Shown: piece after piece, positions 56,301-64,000 of the stretch
How positions within the stretch are numbered: the stretch's first letter is position 1
Layout: every line of letters starts with the position of its first letter
DNA from: Candidatus Saccharimonadota bacterium
Lineage (GTDB): Bacteria; Patescibacteriota; Saccharimonadia; Saccharimonadales; VXPC01
Direction: 5' to 3'
NCBI GenBank assembly: GCA_009839685.1
Contig: VXPC01000014.1
Coordinates: 6,928 to 70,927 of the forward strand
DNA length: 64,000 nucleotides
Made by a program: the position numbers and the translations under genes
Notes under the pieces: generated by a model
The model's database searches: none
Told to the model about the DNA's origin: nothing
Seen by the model: only the letters and a program-made list of their open reading frames with translations

Positions 56301-56641
56301 CCACCAGTGTCTTTAACTGGTATCCACACCGATAGATAGAGTATCGGCCTGTCGAAGCCATCAAAACTACGACCCGGTTTGTTGTCTCTGGATATCAGCA
56401 GGAATGGCGTTTGAGAGCTACTGTATCCAGGATTCCAATCACTGCTAATATTATCAGGCGTCCAGCCATGACTTCCATCTCTGGCCTGAGTTACATTTGC
56501 ATCAACTGAATCTGCATTGTACACCAAAGACAAGGCGTAAGTAGTAATGGTAGCGACTAAGACAGTTGCAACGATTAAGGCCAACTTGCCGATACTCTTT
56601 GGAATAAAAGAGCCAGGTAGTTTCCTTACCCTAAAATCCAT
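50396..56641 (-). CDS. Giant (2081 aa) secreted/surface protein
   Basis: N-terminal signal/TM; Asn/Ser/Thr-rich; EDLNNNGVLDLNEDFNNNGSLD Ca-binding-like motif; PPxC repeats; C-terminal KPYFKVFHGDVGAGG...GNIYIDPSVNRIDAVLVA...LIVNGALIA domain. Confidence 0.85.
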   Translation of the reverse strand: MDFRVRKLPGSFIPKSIGKLALIVATVLVATITTYALSLVYNADSVDANVTQARDGSHGWTPDNISSDWNPGYSSSQTPFLLISRDNKPGRSFDGFDRPILYLSVWIPVKDTGGNDNDLSNYDIDTYDLCNSSSNIDTGSPSTPINVSVRVIGKDSAGDTARSWIFSSTGSQPPGHVTSPASVCSGEYTGTPIDIHSSKVSWLNPIHVRKLYAKGSTNSIDFKQYLLEFELKNNSSRSFYNNFRIKLKKTGGGAVASEPYVVADTSIELAPEWSATLASFGNRGGPDNNFGVGAGNWPTGYSNAWDTTKRPASDVSFVIAPDAERYGCEAGVINEPSRNFQIGLYDSDRSTYDHGNNLTGYPFWQANAGTYPEVEVYETDRPAPGSTPSFPASPEMTLRFDGILNDNDNDAGNPPSGVNVVEVSAPRVTGSEVVANNRGGSIKRVAAHNGDLATRNADGSNSNPGNNNEDLLQWYFRYENNRTKIYSDKNPNGKDVSKAFMVYNTGPGKLINALHKPSSAGDFRPFLYHGGIVNNNFYFYVPDGVGGSSLSSSGVQHAIKNENGEWGYTRNIYSTYNDALGVDPIVYTNNEINTHIANQYNENDVRRIYHRADRLVNKDDWDNLVSGNSSSQNPYYIAVSSNEWENKIIENFFKKDKVYKITFKNIDPRNFVQYRVPFDYINTVATCDQKVEIGITERTCEIYIKQLLFEEYEDPSIRDKIKFELKVHNQSSRTPPGGSINNFTYTNSGLTSPVTPRAVNYGAGHDADALPTPGNALPGQPNGFYSQIPDPDNPPPQDDRLMVRLMLYNQMIYNNNLLTSNRLDNGIILTGRAWLETEDLNNNGVLDLNEDFNNNGSLDTSPITWQVPGLSKKVYDIIPDDPIRGLPRSYMDCLDFTTPTVISGPDTDGMPNCAVWIEDVSMPISSTGEANLHLEITQSGSDAGPVTYTNGDPDVDIHDLILKKDQDPNNYDYGSYTNAVRVSSYDRVLDTDPSSTLSSSPPNRRYHLFDITDASTAWFTTPRHLTYEIAGYYDSSGELREFDTPLPRAAVNLSGLAVNQAACEDAPPGECWSWNWPEGLDWDDNDIDITSRSGTYNRTATDSFTSSKEGASQTFSHTHRDYNIYNESGSHYHGTGSGNKVYDSVYGHTGPANTTHSHSWSEDLPDTVQTDSGTYNQVSTVTDNIKIHFSTFDNSAFDDDFVQDYLVEKIFLNNDYSDTSTSEIGSNHTVRIQLKFDNGPSSHLDTLFAAPPDYAELTTSNGDNLSINSTSSIDKRFSITAQRVRRAGSTSWARTGSSASNNSVLSLIDGGSITTPDIHTYEWRISWRLEIEETITYTYAYDNTTRHSWSDSAYWDSTSPNGNHYYNSTSNLSTTETIKNLLTFNGTWEACSRVLVVRPPDCSIRRKDPLFNHPESGRDEERIPPSNNPTKVYPVGEPDQRTVFTMINRQNYFDLVTTSSTHPTYNVNSQTGRFHSPGVSISQSTANTVATIPSGQSLDFEESFTSIVYPGEFLVTWNPAWESDAQGVATPGTHPSWQGLEHTGNSCTTGPTSINIFVWADPPECIVRRDVFEKDDPNTRITVELVNPNAASMDIDSIRYEVTNQHDPSFTPPVSGFIPTSHPNDSIDPNGRRVISTRTGPPNDLQRVLQRDGEYNFEWSIVTSMGGESWTTLDYALTSTQQNSWFESINERITSEGSDPNERRTGYPFPGNSSHGTIPCTEQVRVAVKPYFKVFHGDVGAGGYFGLANKYDSCGVNNETVIRNSSGTIDGFIFGHSSGNDYSTAKGSSVQYGVQAHNAIAYFYSASQRPASPTPLKGLSFSNTAGNPDWGGDFGETSCISNYWREVENIHEEPNPGGHTPIDIDLSTIRNNDRKRYVLNYGQNLNIDGFGVNLSDLKATLFVEGEGNVYINSDIVNENTAGWNDRSEVGYLLIVVRGNIYIDPSVNRIDAVLVAYPDHINTGINRALAGEIWTCYYPGIDASSHYTSCNSDLIVNGALIAQRVRLGRINNSVIRATTPETPTLILPTNAFDIANRLGGSYNRGSEEINLRPEFLIGVPELPLFPDQLYKSDSITVTPVNY

Positions 56642-56898
56642 TTTTATCCTTATTTGTCTACTTGTGTATCACGGATGATTCTAGCACTGTCTGACCATAA
56701 ATACCACGGAATGGGCTTATATTACAACAGATGTCAAATTACACTGTACAGTTTTAGGGACAGGCTATGGCTGGTTCTAAAATCTCAACAATTTGCTAAT
56801 ACCGTTCACAGGCGCCACCCCCTCCCCTGTATATCTGTGAGGGAAGGGGGTGGCTAGCCTGAGAGCGTCCTTAATCAGAGCAAGTGATCTGGTCAGCG

Positions 56899-58296
56899 CT
56901 ATGAGTCGTAGTGCGGATGGTCGGGGTGGAAGCACCAGAACCCTTGATACTCTCCTTCACTGGAATACTTTGGGGAAAGATGCAAACCTTGGCCGCAGGC
57001 CAGATTGTCTTTCAATTCCTGATACTCCCAATAGCTGTATCCTTCGCACCTTGATGACTCATGGTCATACTGGCAACCAAGGAAGTCAGATTTCATTTGA
57101 ATGAAGGTCTGCGTGCCTTCAGGGCTGTCGCACTGCCTGTATCCGCCTCTGTCGCTATCCCAGTATCCGCAGTCTTCCAAAAAGGTGTCGATTTCTGCCT
57201 GATAATTCAGCCATGTCTGATTTGGCCGAACCGGGTCTGGAATATCTACTTCCTCGCCTTCTTCTGGCTCTTGGGGTTCGCCTTCCGGTTCACCGTCTTC
57301 GGTTCCCTCTTCGGGGTCTTCAGTGGTTCCACCTTCCGGTTCACCGTCTTCAGATCCCCCTTCGGGATCTTCGACGGTTCCCTCTTCGGGTTCGATACCC
57401 AGAGCCTCGTTCAAGGTCTGCCTCGTCAGTTCAACTCCTGCCAGCTTGCTGCTGGCTATCTGTTGGCCGTTGAGGAAAAAGGTCGGAGTCGCACTGACAT
57501 CCAGACTGCGCAGATACCTCTCATCCTCATCGATGACGTCACCGACCTCCGTGCTGTGGAAGTCTTGCCTGAACTGCTCCAGATCCAAGCCTATCTCCTC
57601 AGCGAAAATCTCGAACTGAGGGAAAGGTTGCTCGGTATGCAGAGCCGTCCAGAGGTCACGTCGTTCAAACAGGATGTCGTGCATCTGCCAGAACTTGCCT
57701 TGTTTGGCAGCCGCCTCCACCGCTTGATGCGCAGCTCGGGAATTGCCGAACATGACAGCTAGCGGAAAGTGGACGACTTGGAAGGTTATCTGATCCTTGT
57801 ATTCCTCCCTGATTTGCTTCAGGATAGGATGGTAGTCGGCGCAAGCCGGGCAACCCAAGCTGTAAGCTTCTACCAAGAGCAGATCCTCGCCGTTGCCGAA
57901 GACGTTCTGACTGGCCGGACTGGTCGGTACCTCGGATTCCTCCTCGGCGCCGGCTTCCTGACCGTCCTCCGGTTCCTTAGGTTCGGGGATGGTGGTCGGC
58001 GGACTCGTTGTCGGAGTCGTAACCACTTCCTCGACCTCAGGGTCCTGGAGTTCGATTTGACGCTCTTCTTCCGATTGCACGGCAGTGTCGGGGGGCTCAA
58101 ATGAGTCCCGGCTTTCCGTTACAACCGGCTCTTCTTCCGCCTGTGCCCCCGGGGATGCCACCAGATAGATGACTGCTCCGATCGCAACGCCCGCGATGAC
58201 GAGCGCCACCCAGCTGAGAACCGACCTCCAGCGCGGTTTTCCGCCCTTGGAGGCACCGGCCGCCGGGGTGTTTTCCTTCTGGTTTCCAAGATTCAT
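56899..58296 (-). CDS. Membrane-anchored DsbA family thioredoxin protein with acidic repeat linker and Cys-rich C-terminal domain
   Basis: CPAC, HFPL, AVEAAAKQGKFWQMHDILF, ATPTFFLNG; AGGAGG SD. Confidence 0.9.
   Translation of the reverse strand: MNLGNQKENTPAAGASKGGKPRWRSVLSWVALVIAGVAIGAVIYLVASPGAQAEEEPVVTESRDSFEPPDTAVQSEEERQIELQDPEVEEVVTTPTTSPPTTIPEPKEPEDGQEAGAEEESEVPTSPASQNVFGNGEDLLLVEAYSLGCPACADYHPILKQIREEYKDQITFQVVHFPLAVMFGNSRAAHQAVEAAAKQGKFWQMHDILFERRDLWTALHTEQPFPQFEIFAEEIGLDLEQFRQDFHSTEVGDVIDEDERYLRSLDVSATPTFFLNGQQIASSKLAGVELTRQTLNEALGIEPEEGTVEDPEGGSEDGEPEGGTTEDPEEGTEDGEPEGEPQEPEEGEEVDIPDPVRPNQTWLNYQAEIDTFLEDCGYWDSDRGGYRQCDSPEGTQTFIQMKSDFLGCQYDHESSRCEGYSYWEYQELKDNLACGQGLHLSPKYSSEGEYQGFWCFHPDHPHYDS
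57281..57395. repeat. Intragenic tandem repeat (about 51-bp unit) encoding an acidic E/G/P linker
   Basis: CCTTCCGGTTCACCGTCTTC at 57281 and 57332. Confidence 0.8.
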
Positions 58297-58521
58297 GCCG
58301 TTTACCTCCTATATGTCGCAGGCATGATTTACAGCAATCCTCTCAGAACTCGCCTAAGATGATTGCTAGCAAACCGCTTACGTTCAAAACGATTTGGTGG
58401 CAATCTCTTAGACAGGGAGTTAGCAGGAGAAGTTAGTTTGCCTTAAAGCAAACTGTTGAGACTTAATATTGTTAAGTTTCAGGGGTAATTCGGTATTGGT
58501 AACACCGAAACCCTCTGCCTA

Positions 58522-58550
58522 ATTATAACATTAGAAATATGAGTTGTCCA
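58522..58550 (-). promoter_or_regulatory. Promoter of the DsbA-like gene, giving a ~220-nt structured leader
   Basis: TGGACA-N17-TATAAT with TGn extended -10. Confidence 0.7.
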
Positions 58551-58628
58551 GCCACTTGATGAATGAGACGTCATGCCTCAAGGATATAACCGGCGTTTTT
58601 GAGACTGAAATACCACTAATCCGGCACT

Positions 58629-58656
58629 AAAAAACCCTGCGCTGAAGCGCGGGGTC
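58629..58656 (-). terminator. Rho-independent terminator
   Basis: Minus strand ACCCCGCGCTTCAGCGCAGGG followed by TTTTTT, downstream of 58683..59189. Confidence 0.8.
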
Positions 58657-58682
58657 CTAGGTTCAAGTTCTAGTTCGGGTTC

Positions 58683-59189
58683 TTACAGGGGGGATTCGAT
58701 GGCGGCCCACTCGGCGTCCTGCGTCTCGGGGATAGTAACGCTGATCTGATCTCCCTGCTTGATTTTGTGATGCGTTACGGAGGCTGAGAGGACGTGGTAG
58801 CGCTTATCTCCTATCTGGACGTAGTAACGGCCGTCTTTCTGCGACAGGATGCCGACAGTCTGCGTACGCTGGATGGGGCCGATCTGCTTGTAGAGGAACG
58901 AGCCGTCGTCGCTGATGGTCAGTTTCATGCGGTCCCCCTGGACCAACCTGGATTTGCTGGCGTAATTAGCTTGTATGGGGTAGATTTTGCCGTCGTCCGC
59001 GACCATGTTCTGGCCGTTGAAAACGCCTTCTATCACCTTGCCGGCAATATCCCCTCTCTGGATGTCGATTGCACCTGGATCATCTCCCACGATACTGGTC
59101 AGCAATTCCTCAGCCGCCGCCAAAGCGGTATTGGCTTTGTTGATCAAAGCTCGGAACCGCTCTATGTGTTTATCTGATATTTCAGCCAT
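58683..59189 (-). CDS. Conserved hypothetical protein of the type found downstream of rplL in CPR genomes
   Basis: GKVIEGVFNGQNM...YPIQANYASKSRLVQGD...LYKQIGP...YHVLSASVT...WAAIE. Confidence 0.8.
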   Translation of the reverse strand: MAEISDKHIERFRALINKANTALAAAEELLTSIVGDDPGAIDIQRGDIAGKVIEGVFNGQNMVADDGKIYPIQANYASKSRLVQGDRMKLTISDDGSFLYKQIGPIQRTQTVGILSQKDGRYYVQIGDKRYHVLSASVTHHKIKQGDQISVTIPETQDAEWAAIESPL

Positions 59190-59407
59190 CTTTGTTTCAC
59201 CTCAGGTGATTTTAGTTTATGTGCTAATTCAGGTTGAAATACCCTTCGGTACTTCAAGGCAATTTTAGCACAACACCCTTCATAAAGGCAAATCAGGGCG
59301 TTAAAATAAAGTGCACTCTTTTGCGAAAGACTTTGAGCTAGTGAACAAATAACTTGTTCTTATACCCTACAGCAGATGAAACAAAGATATGTTACTGAGC
59401 AACAGGC

Positions 59408-59809
59408 TTAGACCAGCTCAACCGTGGCGCCGGCTTCTTCCAACTTGCTCTTCATTTCCCCGGCTTCTTCCTTGTCCACGCCTTCTTTGACGTTTTTCGG
59501 GGCGCCGTCGACCAAAGCCTTGGCTTCGCTCAGAGGCATGTCAGTCAGATCCTTGACGGCCTTGATAACGGCGACTTTTTGCGCTCCGGGATCCTTGAGC
59601 AGGACGTCGAATTTGTCTTTTTCGCCCGCTTGGGCTTCTTCCCCGCCGGCGCCTGCTTGCGGAGCGGCTGCTGCGACCGGCGCGGCAGCCGGCTCGATGC
59701 CGTGTTCTTCCTTGAGAATCTGGTTCAAGTCGTTAACCTCTAAAACACTGAGGTTAACCAACTGTTCGGCCAGCTTCTTTAAGTCGACTTTAGAACCTTC
59801 CTTATTCAT
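59408..59809 (-). CDS. rplL: 50S ribosomal protein L7/L12
   Basis: [16 protein letters not shown] hinge, [30 protein letters not shown]. Confidence 0.97.
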   Translation of the reverse strand: MNKEGSKVDLKKLAEQLVNLSVLEVNDLNQILKEEHGIEPAAAPVAAAAPQAGAGGEEAQAGEKDKFDVLLKDPGAQKVAVIKAVKDLTDMPLSEAKALVDGAPKNVKEGVDKEEAGEMKSKLEEAGATVELV

Positions 59810-59845
59810 TGCTTATTATTTAATCCTTTCCTTTGAATAATTTGA

Positions 59846-60364
59846 TTAACTTTTACTGGATTTGACGCTCGTCAGCATCGCCGGCAGTCCTCCGGACAGA
59901 GCGGCAATGGTATTGCCGGCCGGCGCCTTAAGGCTGTAGACAACCGAGGCGATCAGTTCCGTCTTGGAGGGCAGGCCCGAGAGACGGACGACTTCCTCTT
60001 TGCTCATGAAGTGGCCGGTCTCGGTAATGGCGCCGACGAATTCCAGGGCGGCCTTGGTTTTCTTCACGAAAGCCTTGATTATTTGAGCGCCCCTGACTTC
60101 GTCTTCCGGGTTGAAGACGTAGACCATCATGCCCGACAGGCTAATCTGCTCGCTCTTAAGACCCAAGTCTTCCAAGGCTTTGAGCACCAAGCGGTTCTTG
60201 ACCACCCTGACGGTGACGTTGGCCCGCTCCATTTTCGCCCTAAGCGTTTGGAACTGATCCACCGGCAAACCTTCGTAGTCGGCCACGACGGTCAGCTTGG
60301 ACTTGCTAAGCAAATCCTTGATCTCGGTGATAATCGCCTCTTTCTTGGCGCGCGTGATAGCCAT
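59846..60364 (-). CDS. rplJ: 50S ribosomal protein L10
   Basis: MAITRAKKE, ADYEGL.V, VVKNRL, LPSKTELIA; upstream of rplL. Confidence 0.96.
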   Translation of the reverse strand: MAITRAKKEAIITEIKDLLSKSKLTVVADYEGLPVDQFQTLRAKMERANVTVRVVKNRLVLKALEDLGLKSEQISLSGMMVYVFNPEDEVRGAQIIKAFVKKTKAALEFVGAITETGHFMSKEEVVRLSGLPSKTELIASVVYSLKAPAGNTIAALSGGLPAMLTSVKSSKS

Positions 60365-60389
60365 CTGAGCGTTTGGTTTGTTACTTGGT

Positions 60390-60465
60390 AAAAAGGAGGA
60401 GAAATAACCTTGGCGCCATGATTAAGGGTTTCGTTTGAGCCCCGACGCTGTCTTCAGCTCCGATT
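60390..60465 (-). promoter_or_regulatory. Ribosomal protein L10 leader (autoregulatory RNA)
   Basis: Minus strand CTGAAGACAGCGTC...CTTAATCATGGCGCCAAGGTT matches the AAGACAG...TTAA...CCnAGGT pattern directly upstream of rplJ; promoter TTGCAA..TGnTAGACT at 60475-60502. Confidence 0.75.
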
Positions 60466-60514
60466 CAACCCTAAAGTCTAGCACTTATTTTGTTGATTGC
60501 AAGTTTGTTCTCTG

Positions 60515-60745
60515 AATGGGGGGGGGTGGCTATGTGCTGGATAGTCATCGAGGGGGTACCCCTTGGCTTTTATGAGTCCTGAGCCAGTATGACAAAGACA
60601 ACTTCGCCGGTAAGAGAAACCACTACACCCCGCGTCGTCTTCTCACCGAGGCAAACAGGATAGAAATAGAATAGACCCACCGTTGCACTAGAGAGGATAC
60701 CCTCTCACCGCATGGGGCGGCCGTTCATGCAGGGCAGGTCTACGT
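60515..60745 (-). ncRNA. Candidate structured non-coding RNA or long upstream leader, family unknown
   Basis: Own promoter TTGCAA-N17-TATAAT (60752-60780); three consecutive multi-helix domains; no ORF. Confidence 0.45.
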
Positions 60746-61010
60746 GCCTATATTATAAAATATGCGAGCTTGTATTGCAAAGCAAGATTTTATAATCATA
60801 CAGGCATCAAGCTCATGCTTGTATGAACACAATATCACATGAGTCAATGCAACAAGAAGATTGCCGTAACTTACAAAGAACCTGGCCGCAAGCCTGAGTT
60901 TAAGTTGGTGCTTGACGAGAATTGATTTTATGAGGCAGGCGCTAGTATAATGCCGGACGTAAAGGTTTTTTACCTCTCCCTTGGGGAGGTCTTGTTTTAC
61001 CAAGGCGTAG

Positions 61011-62030
61011 ATGATGTCCAATGACTTGGATAAGAGCGGAGAATTTCTCTTCTATACGACTCCGGACGGCGAGTTGAAGGTTGAGGCTTATTTTCAAAAT
61101 GAGACAGTTTGGCTGTCGCAGAAGAGAATGGCCGAGCTTTTCAGCGTTGACAGAACCGTAATCGGCAGGCATTTGAAGAATACCTTTGCTTCGGGCGAAC
61201 TGGAAGAAAAAAGCAATGTGCAAAAAATGCACGTTGCAAATTCAGACAAATTAGTTTCTTATTACAACCTAGATGTCATAATCTCCGTTGGTTATCGCGT
61301 TAATTCGCCTAGGGCGATTGGCTTTCGCAAATGGGCGACGGCTGTATTGCGCAACTACATGGTCAAAGGCTTTGCGCTTGACGATGAACGGCTGAAGCAC
61401 GGCGCCCATTTCGGCAAAGACTATTTTGACGAACTGCTCGAGCGCATACGCGAGATCCGCGCCAGCGAGAGACGCTTTTACCAAAAGATTACGGACATCT
61501 ACAGTACCGCGAGTGATTACGACCCCAATGCCCCCATCACGCTTGAATTCTTTGCCACTGTGCAAAACAAGCTGCACTGGGCCATACACGGACAAACTGC
61601 GGCCGAGCTTATCGTCAAGGGAGCAGACTCAACCAAACCCAACATGGGGCTTAAGACCTGGAGGAACGCCCCCAGAGGCAAAATACTGAAGAGCGACGTT
61701 ACGGTCGGCAAGAATTACCTAGATGAGAGACAGGTTAGCGAACTCAACCGGATAGTTACGATGTACCTGGACTACGCCGAGAATCAGGCCAGCAGGGGTA
61801 TTCCTATGACCATGGCTGATTGGGTAAAGCGTTTGGACGCATTCTTAGCGTTCAATGATTATGACATCTTGAATAGTCCAGGAGAGGTCAGCAAAGCCGC
61901 CGCCAAGGAACTGGCCGAAGCCGAATACGACAAGTTCAGGCCGCTACAGGACAAACGGTTCGAAAGCGACTTCGACAGGGCCGTAAAGAAGATTCAAAAC
62001 AGGCCCAGAGGCAAAAGCGACAAAGCATAA
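61011..62030 (+). CDS. Virulence RhuM family protein
   Basis: ETVWLSQKRMAELF, YYNLDVIISVGYRVNS, FRKWAT, KGFALDDERLK, IREIRASERRFYQKITDIY, VQNKLHWA. Confidence 0.93.
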   Translation: MMSNDLDKSGEFLFYTTPDGELKVEAYFQNETVWLSQKRMAELFSVDRTVIGRHLKNTFASGELEEKSNVQKMHVANSDKLVSYYNLDVIISVGYRVNSPRAIGFRKWATAVLRNYMVKGFALDDERLKHGAHFGKDYFDELLERIREIRASERRFYQKITDIYSTASDYDPNAPITLEFFATVQNKLHWAIHGQTAAELIVKGADSTKPNMGLKTWRNAPRGKILKSDVTVGKNYLDERQVSELNRIVTMYLDYAENQASRGIPMTMADWVKRLDAFLAFNDYDILNSPGEVSKAAAKELAEAEYDKFRPLQDKRFESDFDRAVKKIQNRPRGKSDKA

Positions 62031-62176
62031 AGTTGTAGCCAGGATATGCCGACCCTTGGCTCTGCGTGGATTCGCGGCAGCTCATTTAACTAACCCCCAG
62101 ACCGCTTATGTTATGATGGTGACAAACAGGGATTGAAGCGGATGGCTCGTCTGAAATAAATAGCTGGTTTTGTATC

Positions 62177-63376
62177 GTGACGATTGGCAGAAGACGCATT
62201 TTATTAGGTGCCGCGTTCGGCTTGGCGGCATTGTTAGCTGGTGCGGGAGCGGCTATTTTTTGGCCCGGCGATGGTAATCAGACGGGGGTTGACGGCGGAG
62301 TTACGGACGCTGCCGTTGACCGCCCTAGCATTTTTGCAATTAAAAACAGCGAAACCGGCGATATATATTTACTGGAAAGAACCGGCCGCCAATTGCAGCT
62401 TGAGCTGGCGCTTTCGGCTGAGATTTTCAAAGAAATAGCGCCGGAGCTTGCGGAAGAGTACGAAGGCTGGCCGCTTCATGCAAGTTTCCTGTCGGGCGAT
62501 ATCTTGGTCACGGGCGGGCCGCGGGCGGTGCACGTTTTCGAATTTGAAGCCGGCCAGTGGATCGTCAAGCAGGAGGTTTCGTTCGACAATTTCCCGGAGC
62601 TTGTCGACAAGTCCGTCACGCCCGTGCCTGTCGCTTTGTCCGCAGATTTTCTGGCCGTCCATGCCGCGGGCGGCGACAGCGACAACCTGCTGATTTTCGG
62701 ACGGGACGGCGGCCAGTGGTCGCTGGCCCACGCTATTGCCACGACCGGCGCCGAGGGGTTGAGTGCCAAGTTCAATGTCGCCCAAGCCGTAATTGACGGC
62801 GCCGCCTTGGCCGTCGGCGTGGTCGACTCGGACCGGGACGGGGTTTATATCTTTGACTTGGGAGCTGAGGAATGGAGCCTGCGGCAGGTCGTCTCCCCCG
62901 ATGCCCTCCCGGACATGCCGGCCACTTTCCATGTCTTTTCCAAACTGGCTTTTTCAGACGGCAGGCTGGCGGTGGCGATCGACGACATAGTTTACATGCT
63001 TGAAGAAGAGGCCGGCGGGTGGGCGTTGAAACAGCAAATATTCGCCCAAGATTTCCCGGGCCTGACGGGTCGGACTTTCACTGGTGTTTGGACCGCTGCC
63101 AAGATGGTGGGCGGCACCTTGGCGCTTGCCGACTCGGAACTGCTTTACGTTTTTAGTTATGGGGACGGCGAGTGGGTTTTGGAACGGAATATCCCGCTCG
63201 GCAAGCAATACGGTCCCAGGAGAGAGACCGGTTCGGGTCACGGGGTCACTTTGCGTGGCGGCCTTATAATCCTCGGCAAGTTCGCCGGCTCCTTGGAGGA
63301 GGGGGCTGAGGAAAACGTCAGGGTCTTTGTCAGGGACGATGACGAGTGGCTGCTGGATAAGACTTTGGATTTGTGA
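62177..63376 (+). CDS. N-anchored beta-propeller (FG-GAP-like repeat) protein
   Basis: N-terminal TM; repeated units AL...LAV...VYIF..(G)..W...Q.I. Confidence 0.7.
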   Translation: MTIGRRRILLGAAFGLAALLAGAGAAIFWPGDGNQTGVDGGVTDAAVDRPSIFAIKNSETGDIYLLERTGRQLQLELALSAEIFKEIAPELAEEYEGWPLHASFLSGDILVTGGPRAVHVFEFEAGQWIVKQEVSFDNFPELVDKSVTPVPVALSADFLAVHAAGGDSDNLLIFGRDGGQWSLAHAIATTGAEGLSAKFNVAQAVIDGAALAVGVVDSDRDGVYIFDLGAEEWSLRQVVSPDALPDMPATFHVFSKLAFSDGRLAVAIDDIVYMLEEEAGGWALKQQIFAQDFPGLTGRTFTGVWTAAKMVGGTLALADSELLYVFSYGDGEWVLERNIPLGKQYGPRRETGSGHGVTLRGGLIILGKFAGSLEEGAEENVRVFVRDDDEWLLDKTLDL

Positions 63377-63467
63377 ATTCCAGTACTCAGTTCGCAGGCA
63401 ATTTCATTAAACGACCGGTTCACCAAAACGGAGCATCCGCTGTCTTGTTGAGTTAAGCTTTCTGGTT

Positions 63468-64000
63468 TTATTCGCTAAAACCCCGCCTTTTTAGCTGCTT
63501 CTTCCATATGCCGGGAATATCTTTTAAGTCCATATAAGCGTCGCTGCCTTCTCTCAGCTCCTTGGATACGCTGTTGCGAGAGGGCATTACGTAGACTTTC
63601 TTGCCCCTAGATTTCAGATGTTTTACCAGAGCGTAAAAGTCCGAATCTCCTGTTATGAATATTGCTTCTTCGTATCTGTCTATATTGTGGACGATGTCAA
63701 TCGCCATCTCAACGTCCATATTGCCCTTTTCTATGATTGACATCTGGCCACTGCTTGCGTCGCCAATCTGCTTAAGCTGTTTCTTCCTTACGGTGAAGCC
63801 GAGTCCTTTTGTCAGGTAGGCAAAGAACCTGTGTTTTCCGGTTAAACTGTAGGGCCTACTATCGTTAGACGGGTAGGCTTCATAATAGAAGATTTTTTAT
63901 GTCCGAAGTGTTAAATCGCCTTTTTATGTATTTTACCAGTTCGGCGTAGTCGACTAGGTAGCCTCGGCTCTTCTGAACGCTCCAGACGTTAGCGGCGTCT
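63468..64000 (-). pseudogene. NYN domain (LabA/DUF88) gene, 5' end off the window, with an apparent +1 frameshift
   Basis: DAANVW...DY frame (from 63999) stops after SDIKNLLL. The frame with IFYYEAY...KGNMDVEMAID...ITGDSDF is shifted by one base at the T6 run 63893-63898. Confidence 0.75.

Noticed and set aside
56809-56861. Strong GC hairpin downstream of the DsbA-like gene as a terminator
   Set aside because: No U-tract on either strand; may be a stability or processing stem but cannot be called.
60518-60526. G9 tract near the rplJ promoter as a phase-variation site
   Set aside because: Upstream of the -35 rather than in the spacer, and the downstream genes are essential.
60640-60750. Possible group II intron domain V/VI remnant
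   Set aside because: No canonical domain V hairpin with AGC/CGC triad and GNRA loop; no RT gene in the window.
1-64000. Alternative genetic code (TGA=Gly, as in Gracilibacteria)
   Set aside because: Conserved genes such as pth, xth and ybaB end at TGA at their normal lengths and show no in-frame TGA.

Overview
Bacterial chromosomal window, GC-rich in coding regions with AT-rich promoters, using the standard genetic code (TGA is a stop). It is most consistent with a Patescibacteria/Saccharibacteria-type (CPR) genome (inference). Support: dnaX lacks the Zn-binding Cys cluster, a CPR-type hypothetical gene follows rplJ-rplL, there is a sortase and a 2081-aa surface protein, and there are almost no biosynthetic genes. 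Housekeeping genes: topA (partial), pth, der, a two-component pair, gltX with tRNA-Glu, xth, smpB, tRNA-Gln, cysS, an NrnA-like gene, ybaB, dnaB, dnaX and rplJL with an L10 leader. These are interleaved with many secreted or membrane-anchored proteins, several forming paralogous families. Most notable observations: (1) a ~360-nt ORF-less, highly structured RNA candidate with its own promoter and terminator at 2.5-2.8 kb, plus two more promoter-linked structured RNAs; (2) a G10/A7 homopolymer inside the promoter spacer of a surface-protein gene (possible phase variation); (3) a GIY-YIG nuclease sharing an N-terminal helical module with the nearby sortase; (4) 30-bp direct repeats bracketing an accessory gene downstream of tRNA-Glu; (5) a frameshifted NYN gene. 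No CRISPR array, rRNA, transposase, integrase or reverse transcriptase was seen. All calls come from motif reading by eye; no searches were run.
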